From Planctomycetota bacterium (lineage in GTDB: Bacteria > Planctomycetota > B15-G4 > SIAN01): 64,000 bases of DNA. The position numbers and the translations under genes are program-made. The stretch lies in NCBI GenBank assembly GCA_031409275.1, contig JANNXA010000055.1, positions 416,001 to 480,000 of the forward strand. Direction: 5' to 3'. Below are positions 29,381 through 40,422 of this stretch, piece by piece. Numbering within the stretch: the first letter of the stretch is position 1; every line of letters starts with the position of its first letter. The notes under the pieces were generated by a model. That model saw only the letters and a program-made list of their open reading frames with translations, had not been told where the DNA came from and did no database searches.

Positions 29381-32300
29381 ATGAACGCGCCCGCCGATCG
29401 AGCAACCAGCGCCGCGCCCGACACGATTGCCGCGCCGAAGCGAGGCGGACTCGTCGTCGGCCTGCTGATCGCGGCGGCGGCGATCGCGGTGGTCGTGTGG
29501 CACGCGAAGCTGCTGCAGTTCTTCTGCGATGACGCCTACATCAGCTACCGCTACTCGGAGAACTTCGCGGCCGGCCACGGACTGGTCTGGAACGTCGGCG
29601 AGCGCGTCGAGGGCTACACCAACTTCCTCTGGGTGATCCTGGTCGGACTCGGCATGAAAGCGGGATTCGGCGCGGAGCCCGTGTCGCTGTGGCTTGGACT
29701 CTTCTTCCTCGCCATCGCGTTTGCCGCGACGGCGCGACTCACCTGGAAGCTCACCGGGTCGGCGGCGTTCGCGGCGGTGCCGTTGCTGCTGCTCGCGTGC
29801 CAGGGGCCGATGATCCTCTGGTCGGTGAGCGGACTCGAAGCGGGTTGCTACGCGGCGATGACGCTGCTGGCGGTGCTGGCGTACGAGCGTTGGTTCGCGT
29901 CGGCGCGCGGGCTGCTGTTGGCGGGCGCGCTGTTCGGACTGTCGACGATGGTGCGACCCGATGGCGTCGTCTTCGGCGGCGCGGCGGGGCTGCACCTCGT
30001 CTGCTGCGGATTGCTGGCGCGGCCGCTGCAGATCGGAGCGCTGCTGCGCCGCGCGGTGGCGCTGGCGATCGGCTTCGCGCTCGTCTTCGGCCCCTTCGTC
30101 CTGTGGCGCCACTCCTACTACCAGGACTGGCTGCCCAACACTTTCTACATCAAGGCCGGTGGCGCGCTGAACCTGCGGCTGGGCATCAACTATCTGCTGA
30201 CATGGGCGAGCGAGTACCCGGTCGCGGCCACGCTGACCGTCGCTGGGATCGTGGCCACGCTCGTGCTGCCGCGCTTCCGAACTCACCGGCGCACCTTCGC
30301 CCACCTCGCGCTCGCGCTGACCCTCTTTTGCGGTTACCTCGCATGGGCGGGCGGCGACTACATGGCGCTCTATCGCTTCCTCGTGCCGTTGCTGCCGCTG
30401 GCGATGGTTCCGGCGACCGCCTTGCTGCAAGGATTGTTCGAAGGCGCCGGCCGCTTCGGCGTGCCGGTCGCGGTACGCGCCGCCATCGGGCTCGCCCTCC
30501 TCGCGGGCGGCGGCTACGCATTGACGAAGCCGACGCAGGAGAGCCTGGCCGGCAACGAGAAGTCGCGCGCGATCGCCACCGTCTGGCGCATGAAGCGCAA
30601 CTCGAACCAGTGGGAGCTGCTCGGCAAGGCGCTGCACGCCAAGTTCGCCAACATGGCCGATCCGCCGACCATCGCCATCACCGCCGCCGGCGCCGTCCCG
30701 TTCTTCAGCAAGCTGCCGACGATCGACCAGTCGGGGCTGTGCGATCGCCACACGGCAAAGGTCGACTCTGACCCGTGGCTGCTCGATCGCCCGGGCCACA
30801 TGAAGCAGGCGACGCGCAACTACCTGGCGCAACGCCGCCCCGAGATCATCTTCTGGCACCCGCAGATCTTCGCGGCCGGCAAGCCGGCGCGCGAGTTCCC
30901 GACCCCGCCGACGCCCGACTACGAGCTGCGTGCGATGGAGGTGCCCGGCCTCACCGACACGGCCGGCATCTGCTCCTACTTCTGGGTGCGCAAGGATGCG
31001 GCGCCGAAGCTGCAGGCGCGTGGCATCGTCGCCGTCGCCGAGAGCGCGAAGTGGTCGAAGGCGCCGGTGGCCGCGATCAGCGACGACGCGCCGAAGTCGG
31101 CACGCCAGAAGTCGCGCGAAGAGGAGATCGCCGCCGAGCTCGCCGAACTCGATCTGCCGCCGCCGGCGGCGCCGCCGACGATCGACCCGCCGCTGCCCGC
31201 GCCCTACCGCGGCACGATCTACACCACGCAACGCCTCGGCGCCGCCGATCCCGCCAGCGAAGAGCACCGCTTCTCGATCGCCGACGTCACGCGCCCCCTG
31301 TGGCACGATGACGTGCACGCGCCCTTCGACGTGACGGGCGTCGCCGGGAGCTATGTCGAATTCGAAGTCGCGAGCGTGCCCCCCACGCGCGAGGTCGCGG
31401 ATCCGAGCGACGCGTCGAAGAAACGGCTCGAAGTGACCGGCGCCGGTGGCACACGGCTGCCAAAGAGCGTCGGCGCGTTCCTGCGGATGGGGACACAACG
31501 CGTCGCGCTCCCGACGCAACTCCTCGCTCCCGCCGCGGAGGGCACCATCGCGTGGCGTGGCGTGCGCGCCGACCTTTCGGGCGCACCGACCGGAAGTGCG
31601 GCACTCGAAATCGAGATCGACGGCGCTCCGGCGCGCGTTGCTGGCACCGCACCGAAGTGGTTCGTCAGCGTGCCGCGCATCCATCAACAGGCCGCCGACG
31701 ACGCGCAGCAAAACGTGCTGGTGATCACCGTCGACACGCTGCGCGCCGACTACCTGCGCTGCTACGGTCACGACCGGCCGACGTCGCAGTACCTCGATCA
31801 GCTCGCGCTCGGCGGCGTCGTCTTCGAGCGCAACTTGAGCCAGGCGTCGTGGACGCTCCCGTCCTACAGCTCGGTCTTCAGCGGGCAATACGTCGAAGCG
31901 CACGGCGTCGTCCATCGCGACCACAAGTTCCGCGGCCGTTTCGTCACCTGGATCGAGAAGCTCGCCGCGGCCGGCTACTCGGTCGGCGGGCTCGTCTCCG
32001 GTACGTTCACCGACGCCTATTGGGGGTTCGACCAGGGCTTCGACAGCTACGACGATCTGGGCATGGTGGTCGACGAGCACAACTTCGTCGCGGCCGCTTC
32101 GGCGACCGGCCTCGCGCCGGTGAATCCCGAGGCGATGAAGACGGCCGCGCATCGCCGCATCACTTCGCCCGAAGTCGCCAACAAGGCGATCGACTTCCTC
32201 GATTCGCACCGCAATCAGCGCTTCGTGCTGTTCGCCCACTTCTTCGACCCGCACGAGGACTACGTCAAGCATTCCGGCATCAACGAGCACTTCCCCGATC

Positions 32301-33091
32301 GCCCGACGCCGAAGGACTTCCCCAACTCGGTGGATCGCAAGCCGGAAGTGACGGCGCGACTGCGCTCGCTCTACGAGGCGGAGATCGCCTACACCGACTT
32401 CCACATCGGTCGCGTGCTGAAACGGCTCGAGGCGCTGGGCCTGGCGAAGAACACGGTCGTCGTGCTCTTCTCCGACCACGGCGAGGCGTTCAAGGAACAC
32501 ATCCTCGATCCGACGGCGGAAGGCGACATGAGGAACCTCGGCCACGGCTCGTCGCTCTTCAACGAGCAGGTCCACGTGCCTTTGATCTTCCGCGCGCCAG
32601 GGATCGAACCGGGGCGCGTGAAGACGCCGACGGGCAACCTCGACATCGGTCCGACCCTGCTCGAACTCTGCGGCGTCGATGCGGACGACTGGATCCACCA
32701 CGGCCGCTCGCTGGTGGAGCTGATGCGCGACAAGAGCCGCGACCCGCAGCGTCGCGTCTTCTCGGCGCAGTACTTCGCCATGCCGCGCAAGGGCGACGCG
32801 GAAACGGACCGCGTGCAGGCGGCGCACCGCGTCGACCAGGACGACCTCGCCGCCATCGAGTACGAGCCGGAGAAGGGCCAGCCGGGGCAGCGCTTCCTCT
32901 TCAGCTGGAAGGAGCGCTGGCAGGACTACGCCAAGAATCTGGCGCAGACGTTGAAGGACGATCTCGAAGCGCTGCGCAGCTACTACGCGGAGAAGCGCGC
33001 CGAACTCGAGAAGCTGTCGCCGCCCGCCGAGCAGGTCGACACTTCGGGGGTCGACCAGACGCTGAAGGAACTCGGATACACCGGCCAGTGA
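29381..33091 (+). CDS. Fusion of a GT-C-type membrane glycosyltransferase and a C-terminal sulfatase-fold domain
   Basis: DDAYISYRY...[47 protein letters not shown]; then VDTLRAD, ASWTLPS, HFFDPH, SDHGE, LKELGY in one open frame. Confidence 0.88.
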   Translation: MNAPADRATSAAPDTIAAPKRGGLVVGLLIAAAAIAVVVWHAKLLQFFCDDAYISYRYSENFAAGHGLVWNVGERVEGYTNFLWVILVGLGMKAGFGAEPVSLWLGLFFLAIAFAATARLTWKLTGSAAFAAVPLLLLACQGPMILWSVSGLEAGCYAAMTLLAVLAYERWFASARGLLLAGALFGLSTMVRPDGVVFGGAAGLHLVCCGLLARPLQIGALLRRAVALAIGFALVFGPFVLWRHSYYQDWLPNTFYIKAGGALNLRLGINYLLTWASEYPVAATLTVAGIVATLVLPRFRTHRRTFAHLALALTLFCGYLAWAGGDYMALYRFLVPLLPLAMVPATALLQGLFEGAGRFGVPVAVRAAIGLALLAGGGYALTKPTQESLAGNEKSRAIATVWRMKRNSNQWELLGKALHAKFANMADPPTIAITAAGAVPFFSKLPTIDQSGLCDRHTAKVDSDPWLLDRPGHMKQATRNYLAQRRPEIIFWHPQIFAAGKPAREFPTPPTPDYELRAMEVPGLTDTAGICSYFWVRKDAAPKLQARGIVAVAESAKWSKAPVAAISDDAPKSARQKSREEEIAAELAELDLPPPAAPPTIDPPLPAPYRGTIYTTQRLGAADPASEEHRFSIADVTRPLWHDDVHAPFDVTGVAGSYVEFEVASVPPTREVADPSDASKKRLEVTGAGGTRLPKSVGAFLRMGTQRVALPTQLLAPAAEGTIAWRGVRADLSGAPTGSAALEIEIDGAPARVAGTAPKWFVSVPRIHQQAADDAQQNVLVITVDTLRADYLRCYGHDRPTSQYLDQLALGGVVFERNLSQASWTLPSYSSVFSGQYVEAHGVVHRDHKFRGRFVTWIEKLAAAGYSVGGLVSGTFTDAYWGFDQGFDSYDDLGMVVDEHNFVAAASATGLAPVNPEAMKTAAHRRITSPEVANKAIDFLDSHRNQRFVLFAHFFDPHEDYVKHSGINEHFPDRPTPKDFPNSVDRKPEVTARLRSLYEAEIAYTDFHIGRVLKRLEALGLAKNTVVVLFSDHGEAFKEHILDPTAEGDMRNLGHGSSLFNEQVHVPLIFRAPGIEPGRVKTPTGNLDIGPTLLELCGVDADDWIHHGRSLVELMRDKSRDPQRRVFSAQYFAMPRKGDAETDRVQAAHRVDQDDLAAIEYEPEKGQPGQRFLFSWKERWQDYAKNLAQTLKDDLEALRSYYAEKRAELEKLSPPAEQVDTSGVDQTLKELGYTGQ

Positions 33092-33104
33092 AGCGCGCCC
33101 TTCG

Positions 33105-34781
33105 ATGACGAACCTGCTCGCTCTCCTTTCGGTGGTCGCTGCGCTGCCGTTGGCGGGTGCGTCGCCCGGTGCGATCGAAGCGCCGCCGCCGCCGCGCCTC
33201 GTGGTGCTGCTGGTGGTCGATCAGTGTCGCAGCGACTACTTCGAGCGCTTCGCGCCGCACTTCGAGGGCTTCTTCGCGCGGCTGGTCGAGGAGGGGCGCT
33301 GGTTCTCCGACGGCGAGCACCACCACGCTCTCACCGTGACTGCACCCGGTCACGCCACGCTTGGCACCGGGCGTTTCCCGTCACACCACGGCATCGTCGG
33401 CAACGACTTCTTCGATCGGGCGACCGGCAAGCTGGTCGGCGCCGCCAACGATCCGGCCGCGGCTGCCGTCGGCGGCATGGGCGGCGGCTACTCGGGCCAT
33501 CGGCTGCAGTGCGATGGTCTCGGCGACTGGTGGAGCAAGGCGTATCCGACGGCCAAGGTCGTCGGCATCGCCCTGAAGCCACGCTCGGCGATCCTTCCGC
33601 TCGGCCGCGCTGGCCACGGCGCATGGTGGCTCGACGAGGACGTTGGCACGTTCGTCAGCTCGTCGCGCTGCATCGGCAACCAGCTCCCTGCGTGGGCGGT
33701 CGCGTTCACGTCGAGTCGACCGTGCGAGCGCTTCCCATCGAGCTGGGAGGCGACGCTTTCGGAAGCGGAGTACGACGCGCTCGGATGCACCGCCGACGCT
33801 CAGGACGGCGAGGCGCCGACCGGAACGCGGCCGACCACGACCTTCCCGCACGCGCTCGACGACACCAAACTGGGGCGGCGAGTCGCGGCGTTGGCCGTCT
33901 CGCCGTACGGCGATGAGCTCGTGCTCGACTTCGCCCGCGCCGCCGTGAGCGGCGAAGAGCTGGGCGCCGACGCCGTGCCGGACCTGCTGCTGCTCGGGTT
34001 CTCCTCGACCGACCTGATCGGCCATCGCCACGGTCCCGACTCGCGCGAGATCGCGGAGCAGATGATCGCGCTCGACCGCTCGCTGACCCTCTTCGCCGAG
34101 TTCCTCGCGGCGCGCGCCGGCGGCGGCGAAGTGCTCTTCGCGCTGTCGTCCGACCACGGGATCCCGCCATTGCCCGAGGTGGCGCGCACGCGCGGGAAAG
34201 AGGGCGATCGCATCGACTGGGCGACGCTCGAACCGACGGTGAGTCAGGCACTCGCCGCCATCGATCCGGCGCTGGCGAAGGCCGCGTTGCCGATCCCCGA
34301 ATATGGCATCCGGATCGACCGCAGCGCGCTCGCCAGCGCTGGCCTCAAAGTCGATGGCGTCGCCCGAGCGCTGGCGGCCACGTTGCGCAAGTCACCGCCC
34401 TTTCGCGACGCGCGCAGTCATGCCGAGTTGCAAGAGCCGCTGGCGCCAGGCGATCGCATCGGCGAACTGCTGCGCGCCTCCTCCGATGGCGAACGCGCCG
34501 GGGACGTGCTCTTCGTGCTGGCGCCCGGCACCATCTACATCCCGGCGCCATCGCGCGTCGCGCAACTGAAGAACGTCCTCGCCACCAGCCATGGTGCGCC
34601 GTGGGACAGCGACACGCGCATCCCGATCGTCTTCTTCGGCACCGGGGTCGAGAAGGGCCGCATCGCCGGCCGCGCGTGGAGCGTCGACGTCGCGCCGACG
34701 CTGTCGCTCGCGGCGGGAGTGCCGTTCCCGGCCGACCTCGACGGCCGCCCGCTGGAACTCGCCGCGCCCGCCCACAACTGA
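33105..34781 (+). CDS. Alkaline phosphatase family protein (PafA/PhoK-like), exported
   Basis: VVDQCR, TVTAPGHATLGTG, HGIVGN, DLIGHRHGPDS, SSDHG, TSHG, RIPIVF. Confidence 0.92.
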   Translation: MTNLLALLSVVAALPLAGASPGAIEAPPPPRLVVLLVVDQCRSDYFERFAPHFEGFFARLVEEGRWFSDGEHHHALTVTAPGHATLGTGRFPSHHGIVGNDFFDRATGKLVGAANDPAAAAVGGMGGGYSGHRLQCDGLGDWWSKAYPTAKVVGIALKPRSAILPLGRAGHGAWWLDEDVGTFVSSSRCIGNQLPAWAVAFTSSRPCERFPSSWEATLSEAEYDALGCTADAQDGEAPTGTRPTTTFPHALDDTKLGRRVAALAVSPYGDELVLDFARAAVSGEELGADAVPDLLLLGFSSTDLIGHRHGPDSREIAEQMIALDRSLTLFAEFLAARAGGGEVLFALSSDHGIPPLPEVARTRGKEGDRIDWATLEPTVSQALAAIDPALAKAALPIPEYGIRIDRSALASAGLKVDGVARALAATLRKSPPFRDARSHAELQEPLAPGDRIGELLRASSDGERAGDVLFVLAPGTIYIPAPSRVAQLKNVLATSHGAPWDSDTRIPIVFFGTGVEKGRIAGRAWSVDVAPTLSLAAGVPFPADLDGRPLELAAPAHN

Positions 34782-34826
34782 TCGATCGTCACGCGGCGCC
34801 GCGGCGCCAGTGGACGCGAAGCTGCG

Positions 34827-36476
34827 TCAAGGAGCGCGCTCGAAGAGGACGACGATCGGCAGCAGGAGGCCGGCGACATCCTGCGCGAGTCGGCCGCTCG
34901 GCTGCGGTTCGTATCGGGCGACGACTCGCAGATGGAGCCGCTTCTCGATCGCGGCGATCGCATCGGGCTGCGCCATCGCGCTGCGCTGTTCGGTCGCGAA
35001 CCAGAGCCAGCGCGGCGGCGCGGCGCCGTCGCGCACCGCCGCCCCCATCTCGCGCAGGTCGCGCACTTGCAGCGGCGGCGCGATCGGCGGGAACGGCGCG
35101 TAGAGCCACGGCTCGCTGCACACCCAGACTTCATCGCCGGGCGCGCGCCGCTGCGCGAGGTCGGCGACCGACGCTGGTCGTGGATCGCTCCACTTCGAGG
35201 TGACGACCTGGCTCGCCTCGGCCGCGAGGAACGCCAGCGCCAGCACCGCGATCCCGACGCGCTGGCGGCTGCGAACGCCGCGTGCGTGAGCGATCGCCCA
35301 CACCAGCGCGACGGCGCCGCAAAGGCCAAGCGGAAGCGTGAAGCGCGGATAGACGTAGCCGGCCGGCGCCAGGAAGCCGATCAGGTAGGTGAGACCGGGA
35401 GCAAGCCAACACAACGCGCGTGGCCGCCGACGGACGGCCGCTTCCACCAGCAGCAGACCGCCCCCCGCCACTCCGGCGACCCCCGCTGCCGCCAGCAGCC
35501 GCTCGAAGGTGTCGTCGAGCAGGCCGAGCAGGCCGCTCGGCGAGAGGTCATGGATGCGGAAGGGCTGTGAACCGGCGCCGAAGAGATGCGCGACGTGGGC
35601 ACGCCACTGCGACGGAACGAGGATGCCGCTGAACGCCAGGTAGGCGAGCGCTCCGCCAAGCGCGAGCGCGCCGAAGCGAGCGGTGCGACTGGCGACGCAA
35701 CCGCGACCGCTCCTCCACGCAAACCACGCGATCCCCGGTGCCATCGCCGCGTATTGATCCTTGGTGGCCGCGGCGAGCCCGAGCGCGGCGCCGGACAGCA
35801 CGACGCGCGCGAAACCGGGTGGCACGCGCCCGGCGACCAGAAGCGCCCACGCGAGCGCGCTCCACGCCAACGCGGGAACGTCGGTGTTGAGGGTGACGCC
35901 GTAATGGACGACGGCCGGTTGCAGAGCGATCGCCAACGCGCCGATCCAGCCGAAGCGCGGTCCGGCGGCCGCCATCGCAAGCTCGGCCGTCGCCGCGGCC
36001 AGCAGCAGCACCATCAGCAGCGCGGCGATCCGTCCGGCCTGCACCAGCTTCCAGGCGCCCGCCTCGAAACCCGCCCCTTCTCGAAACAGGACGATCGAAG
36101 GGTCGAACGTCGAGTCGCCGCGGTGCTGCGTGACCGCGGCGCTGACGCGCTCGCGCAACTGCGCCAACTGCGCCTCTTCGGCATCGCTGAGCCATGTCGC
36201 GCGCGCGATCTGCTCGGCAGCGCCGAGCACGAGGTGCCACCCCTCCGGATACTTGTCGGGCGGCAGCTCGCCGATGGGCCACGCTTCGGCGGCGAGCAGC
36301 GATCGCAACGGCCACGGCGCATCGGGAGATGGATCGACGAGACTGGGGTTCCCCCATCCCCATCCGAGCCACGGCGCGACGGTTGCGACGATCAGCGCCA
36401 GCCAGACGCGGCGCCGCCCGGCGCTCCACGCGTGCTTCCGCGCCCCCTCGATCGTCGTATCATGAGCCGCCGCCAT
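34827..36476 (-). CDS. GT-C / ArnT-PMT-like polytopic membrane glycosyltransferase
   Basis: WGWGNP..DPSPD, KYP, NTDVP, GLAAATKDQ, YPRFTLP; about 10 TM. Confidence 0.72.
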   Translation of the reverse strand: MAAAHDTTIEGARKHAWSAGRRRVWLALIVATVAPWLGWGWGNPSLVDPSPDAPWPLRSLLAAEAWPIGELPPDKYPEGWHLVLGAAEQIARATWLSDAEEAQLAQLRERVSAAVTQHRGDSTFDPSIVLFREGAGFEAGAWKLVQAGRIAALLMVLLLAAATAELAMAAAGPRFGWIGALAIALQPAVVHYGVTLNTDVPALAWSALAWALLVAGRVPPGFARVVLSGAALGLAAATKDQYAAMAPGIAWFAWRSGRGCVASRTARFGALALGGALAYLAFSGILVPSQWRAHVAHLFGAGSQPFRIHDLSPSGLLGLLDDTFERLLAAAGVAGVAGGGLLLVEAAVRRRPRALCWLAPGLTYLIGFLAPAGYVYPRFTLPLGLCGAVALVWAIAHARGVRSRQRVGIAVLALAFLAAEASQVVTSKWSDPRPASVADLAQRRAPGDEVWVCSEPWLYAPFPPIAPPLQVRDLREMGAAVRDGAAPPRWLWFATEQRSAMAQPDAIAAIEKRLHLRVVARYEPQPSGRLAQDVAGLLLPIVVLFERAP

Positions 36477-36564
36477 ACGCGACGGCAGGCTACGGCGCGC
36501 ATCGGGCCGCTCAAGCCTCGTGAATCGGCTCCACCGTCCACGCCTCCGAGGAATGGCCCCCGCG

Positions 36565-38145
36565 ATGCCCTCGCACAAGTCCCCGCCGATGCTCCTCGTC
36601 GCCTTCCTGTCGCTGTTCCTGGCAGGGAGCGCAGGCGCATCGCCCGCCGATCCGATCGCCACGCACGCCGCCCAAGCGACCGAAGCGCCGACCCGCGCCG
36701 GCACGGTCGTCGTGCCGATCTCGGGAGCGCTTTCGGAAGAGATGGTCGCGCTGACCATCCGCTCGATCCGCCGCGCCCATGAACTCGGTGCGAAGGCGAT
36801 CGTCTTCGAGATCGACACCGAAGGCGGTGAAGTGACGCTGATGGATCGCCTGATCGACGAGATCGAAGACGCGGGCGATCTGCTGACCGTCGCCTACGTC
36901 ACGCAGAAGGCGGCTTCGGCCGGCTCGCTGATCGCGATCTCCTGCCAGCGCCTCTACATGGCGCCCGGCTCGAACATGGGCTCCGCGCTCGTGATCATGA
37001 TGCCGCAGCTCTTCGGCATCCCGCTCGGCGGGCCGGAGCGCATCGGCGGCGACCAGGACACGCTGTTCAAGAAGATGATCGGCCACTACCGCGCCCATTT
37101 CCGCGCGAAGGCACAAGCGAACGGACGCCCTGCCGCGCTGGCCGAGGCATTCGTCTACGCCGAGTCGGCGGTCTTCGAGGTCGCCGTCGACGGCGAGGTG
37201 CGCTACGTGAACGAGTCGGAATACGCCAACCTCGTGGCGCAGAAGGGCGAAGAGGGGCTGCGCAAGCAGCGGCAGATCTGCGCGAAAGGCGACGTCTTGA
37301 ACCTCACCGCCCAGGAGGCGTTCGAGGTGCGCATGATCGACGGCCTCGCCGCTTCGCGCGCCGATCTGCTCACGCAGCTCGGACTCGCGTCGGGAACGGT
37401 GACGGTCATCGAGCCCTCGTGGTCGGAACGGCTCGTCGGCTTCATCCAGTCGTGGGGACTGCTCTTCCTGATCGGCGGGATGATCGCGATCTTCGTGGAG
37501 GTGAAGCTCCCGGGCTTCGGTCTGCCCGGATTGACGGGTATCGCGCTGCTCGGACTGTGGATGTTCGGCAAGTACCTGGCCGGCCTCGCCGAAGTGACCG
37601 AACTGCTGCTGGTGGGCGCCGGCTTCGCCCTGATCGCGGTCGAGGTCTTCGTGCTGCCGGGAACGCTGGTCGCGGGCGTGACGGGCGGGCTCGCCGTCGT
37701 GGGTGGCCTCGTGATGGCCGCGCAACAGACCTTCCTGCCCGAGACCGATCGACCGAACGCCGACGCGGCGTGGTGGTCGACGACCGAATCGCTCACGCTG
37801 GGCATGGTGGCGAGCTGCATCGGCATGATCCTGCTGGCGATGTACCTGCCGCGCATCCCGTTCCTGAACCGCGCGATCCTGCGCGCCGGTACGAGCACGA
37901 CATTGACCATCGGCGCGGCCGCAGCGAGTCGAACGCATGACTCCTTCGATCCGGCCTACGCGCCGGCGCGCGGCGCATTCGGCATCGCACTGACGGTGCT
38001 GCGTCCCGCCGGCAAGGTGCAGATCGAGGGGCGTGAGCTCGACGCCGTCTCGGAAGGGGCGCTGGTCGACGCGGGCAGCGCCGTCGAAGTGGTGACGGTG
38101 GAACCGGGCCGACTGGTGGTGCGACCGCGCGCCACCAACGTCTGA
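36565..38145 (+). CDS. nfeD: Long NfeD (ClpP-class serine protease domain + TM + OB-fold)
   Basis: IDTEGG, AASAGSLIA, MAPGSNMGSA, EVKLPGFG, LRPAGKV..DAVSEG. Start uncertain (36553/36565/36589). Confidence 0.9.
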   Translation: MPSHKSPPMLLVAFLSLFLAGSAGASPADPIATHAAQATEAPTRAGTVVVPISGALSEEMVALTIRSIRRAHELGAKAIVFEIDTEGGEVTLMDRLIDEIEDAGDLLTVAYVTQKAASAGSLIAISCQRLYMAPGSNMGSALVIMMPQLFGIPLGGPERIGGDQDTLFKKMIGHYRAHFRAKAQANGRPAALAEAFVYAESAVFEVAVDGEVRYVNESEYANLVAQKGEEGLRKQRQICAKGDVLNLTAQEAFEVRMIDGLAASRADLLTQLGLASGTVTVIEPSWSERLVGFIQSWGLLFLIGGMIAIFVEVKLPGFGLPGLTGIALLGLWMFGKYLAGLAEVTELLLVGAGFALIAVEVFVLPGTLVAGVTGGLAVVGGLVMAAQQTFLPETDRPNADAAWWSTTESLTLGMVASCIGMILLAMYLPRIPFLNRAILRAGTSTTLTIGAAAASRTHDSFDPAYAPARGAFGIALTVLRPAGKVQIEGRELDAVSEGALVDAGSAVEVVTVEPGRLVVRPRATNV

Positions 38146-38155
38146 GGAGCGACGA

Positions 38156-38644
38156 TTGTTCGAGTTCGGCGTCGAGGGCTGGGGTCTGCTGTTCGGCGGC
38201 GTCGTCGTCGTCATCTTCGAGATCCTGTTCCCTTCGGCAGGGCTGCTTGGCCTGCTGGCCGGATCGCTGCTGGTCGGCGGCGGCTGGTACGCCGCCCGCA
38301 ATGGCGGCAGCCCCGGCCTGATGAGCTACTCGCTCCTGGTGCTGCTGCTGGTGCCGCTCGCCGTCGTCTTCGCGTTCCGCGTCTTGCCGCGCACCCCGAT
38401 GGGCAAGCGGATGATCCTGAAAGGTCCAAGCTTCGCGCAGCGCACGGGCACCGAAGAGGGGCTCACGGAACTGCTGGGTAAGGTCGGTGTGGCGACGACG
38501 TCGCTGCGCCCGGCCGGCATCGCCTCGATCGAGGGGCGGCGCGTCGATGTGGTGACCCGCGGCGGCCACCTTGCAGCCGGCATGCCGGTGCGCGTGGTCC
38601 GGGTCGAAGGAAATCGAGTCATCGTGGAATCGGCGAGCGCCTGA
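38156..38644 (+). CDS. Short NfeD-family protein
   Basis: [24 protein letters not shown]...RVDVVT; GAGGAG RBS, TTG start. Confidence 0.88.
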   Translation: MFEFGVEGWGLLFGGVVVVIFEILFPSAGLLGLLAGSLLVGGGWYAARNGGSPGLMSYSLLVLLLVPLAVVFAFRVLPRTPMGKRMILKGPSFAQRTGTEEGLTELLGKVGVATTSLRPAGIASIEGRRVDVVTRGGHLAAGMPVRVVRVEGNRVIVESASA

Positions 38645-38670
38645 CGCGCGTCGCCCAAAGAGGAGTCGAC

Positions 38671-39696
38671 ATGTCTCTGCTTGCGATCGACAGCGCCGTG
38701 ATCCTGACCGTGCTCGGCGCGATCTTCCTGCTGATCGTGCTGGTGGTCTTCTTCAAGTACCTCGGGCTCTACATCCGCTGCCTGACGTCGAACGCCAACA
38801 TCGGGCTCTTCGAGCTGCTGATGATGTCGCTGCGCAAGGTGAACCCGGAGACGATCGTCCAGGCGCGCATCTCCGCCGTGCAGGCAGGCGTCGACATCGA
38901 CCCGCGCGATCTGCAGGCGCACCTCCTCGCCGGCGGCAACGTGGTCAACGTCGTGCGCGCGATGATCGCCGCCGACCGCGCCGGCATCGCGCTCCCCTAC
39001 AAGACCGCAACCGGCATCGACCTCGCCGGCCGCAACGTGCTCGACGCCGTGCAGACCTGCGTCAACCCGCGCATCATCGACTGCCCGCAGGAGTCGGGCG
39101 CGAAGATCGCCGCCGTCGCGAAGGACGGCATCCAGCTGCTGGCGCGCGCGCGTGTCACCGTGCGCACCAACATCGGCCGCCTGATCGGCGGCGCGACCGA
39201 AGAGACGATCATCGCCCGCGTGGGCGAAGGCATCGTCTCCACCATCGGATCGGCGAACTCCTACAAGGACGTGCTCGAGAACCCCGATCGCATCAGCAAG
39301 ACGGTGCTCGGCAAGGGACTCGACGCCGGAACCGCGTTCGAGATCCTCTCGATCGACATTGCCGACGTCGACGTCGGCGAGAACATCGGCGCCAAGCTGC
39401 AGACCGACCAGGCCGAGGCCGACATGCGCGTCGCCGAGGCGCACGCCGAAAGCCGGCGCGCGACCGCCGTCGCGCTCGAGCAGGAGATGCAGGCGAAGGT
39501 CATGGAGAACCGCGCGAAGCTCGTCGAGGCGGAGGCGCAGGTCCCGTCCGCCATGGCCGACGCGTTCCGCAGCGGCCGGCTCGGAGTCATGGATTACGTC
39601 CGCATGCAGAACGTCCAGGCCGACACCACGATGCGCCAGGCGCTCGCGGGCGGCGATGCGGCCCCGGGCAGCGCCACCGCGCAGAAGAAGAGCTGA
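38671..39696 (+). CDS. floA: Flotillin-like protein FloA (YqfA/UPF0365)
   Basis: [51 protein letters not shown]. Confidence 0.95.
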   Translation: MSLLAIDSAVILTVLGAIFLLIVLVVFFKYLGLYIRCLTSNANIGLFELLMMSLRKVNPETIVQARISAVQAGVDIDPRDLQAHLLAGGNVVNVVRAMIAADRAGIALPYKTATGIDLAGRNVLDAVQTCVNPRIIDCPQESGAKIAAVAKDGIQLLARARVTVRTNIGRLIGGATEETIIARVGEGIVSTIGSANSYKDVLENPDRISKTVLGKGLDAGTAFEILSIDIADVDVGENIGAKLQTDQAEADMRVAEAHAESRRATAVALEQEMQAKVMENRAKLVEAEAQVPSAMADAFRSGRLGVMDYVRMQNVQADTTMRQALAGGDAAPGSATAQKKS

Positions 39697-39717
39697 GCCG
39701 GCCTCGGCGCCACGACC

Positions 39718-40374
39718 ATGGAACTGCGCGACCTCCTCGATCTGCTGAAAGCCAACCCGATCATCGCGGTGTGGTTGGTGTTGATGGTGCTTGGTGGCCT
39801 CGGCCGCATGGTCGGTGGCGACCGCGGCAAGGCGCGTCGCACCGCCGCCGCTCCCGACCCGACCCGCGAGAAGCCGACTCCGAACGAGCTCGAGGAGCGC
39901 ATCCGCCGCAACTTCGAGGAGATGCTGCGGCGGCGCGGGCAGCCCACGAGCGAGGCGGCGCAGCCTGCCGCCCCGCCGCCTCCCGCCCCGCACGCGCCTC
40001 GCCCACCACCGGTATCGGAGCCGACTCGTGCGCGGCCGGCGATGGCGGAGCCGACCCGTGCGCGGCCGGCGATGGCGGAGCCGACGCGAGCGCGGCCTGC
40101 CACGGCGGAGCCGACGCGTGTCGCCAGAGTGCGCCGCGAGCCACTGCGCGGCGACGCGCCGGTGCGGGTCCGTTCGATTGCTCACACGATCCGAACCAGA
40201 GTCACCGCGGCGCCGAACCTGCCGGCCACGCCGCGGCCGCATCACGCTCCAGCGACGAGTGTGACCCGGCGTGCGCGTCCCGCGGAGCTTGGACCTCTCA
40301 ATCGCCGCCAGCTTCGCCGCGCCGTCATCCTGCGCGAGGTGCTCGATCCCCCGCTTGGACTGCGCGAAGAGTGA
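39718..40374 (+). CDS. YqfB-like membrane-anchored Pro/Arg-rich protein
   Basis: N-terminal TM, disordered middle, C-terminal LRRAVILREVLDPP; lies directly after floA. Confidence 0.75.
   Translation: MELRDLLDLLKANPIIAVWLVLMVLGGLGRMVGGDRGKARRTAAAPDPTREKPTPNELEERIRRNFEEMLRRRGQPTSEAAQPAAPPPPAPHAPRPPPVSEPTRARPAMAEPTRARPAMAEPTRARPATAEPTRVARVRREPLRGDAPVRVRSIAHTIRTRVTAAPNLPATPRPHHAPATSVTRRARPAELGPLNRRQLRRAVILREVLDPPLGLREE
40018..40120 (+). repeat. In-frame 30-bp tandem repeat (about 3.4 copies; EPTRARPAMA)
   Basis: GAGCCGACTCGTGCGCGGCCGGCGATGGCG-like units at 40018, 40048 and 40078, partial at 40108. Confidence 0.9.
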
Positions 40375-40422
40375 AGCGGGTCGGTTCGATCGTCACGCTT
40401 CCGCGCGACGGCGACCGCAGGA

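Noticed and set aside
29111..32827. Very long antisense or alternate-frame ORFs (also 53493-56780, 21504-24689, 60692-63379, 3486-5762)
   Set aside because: They shadow well-supported genes, are Arg/Ala/Gly-rich with no motifs, and are expected from stop-codon scarcity at this GC content.
36477..36564. SigW-like ECF promoter for nfeD-floA as in Bacillus
   Set aside because: No AAC-N16-CGT match found, so a link to the ECF at 52 kb is unsupported.
40018..40120. CRISPR-like repeat
   Set aside because: Contiguous in-frame 30-bp units with no spacers and no cas genes.
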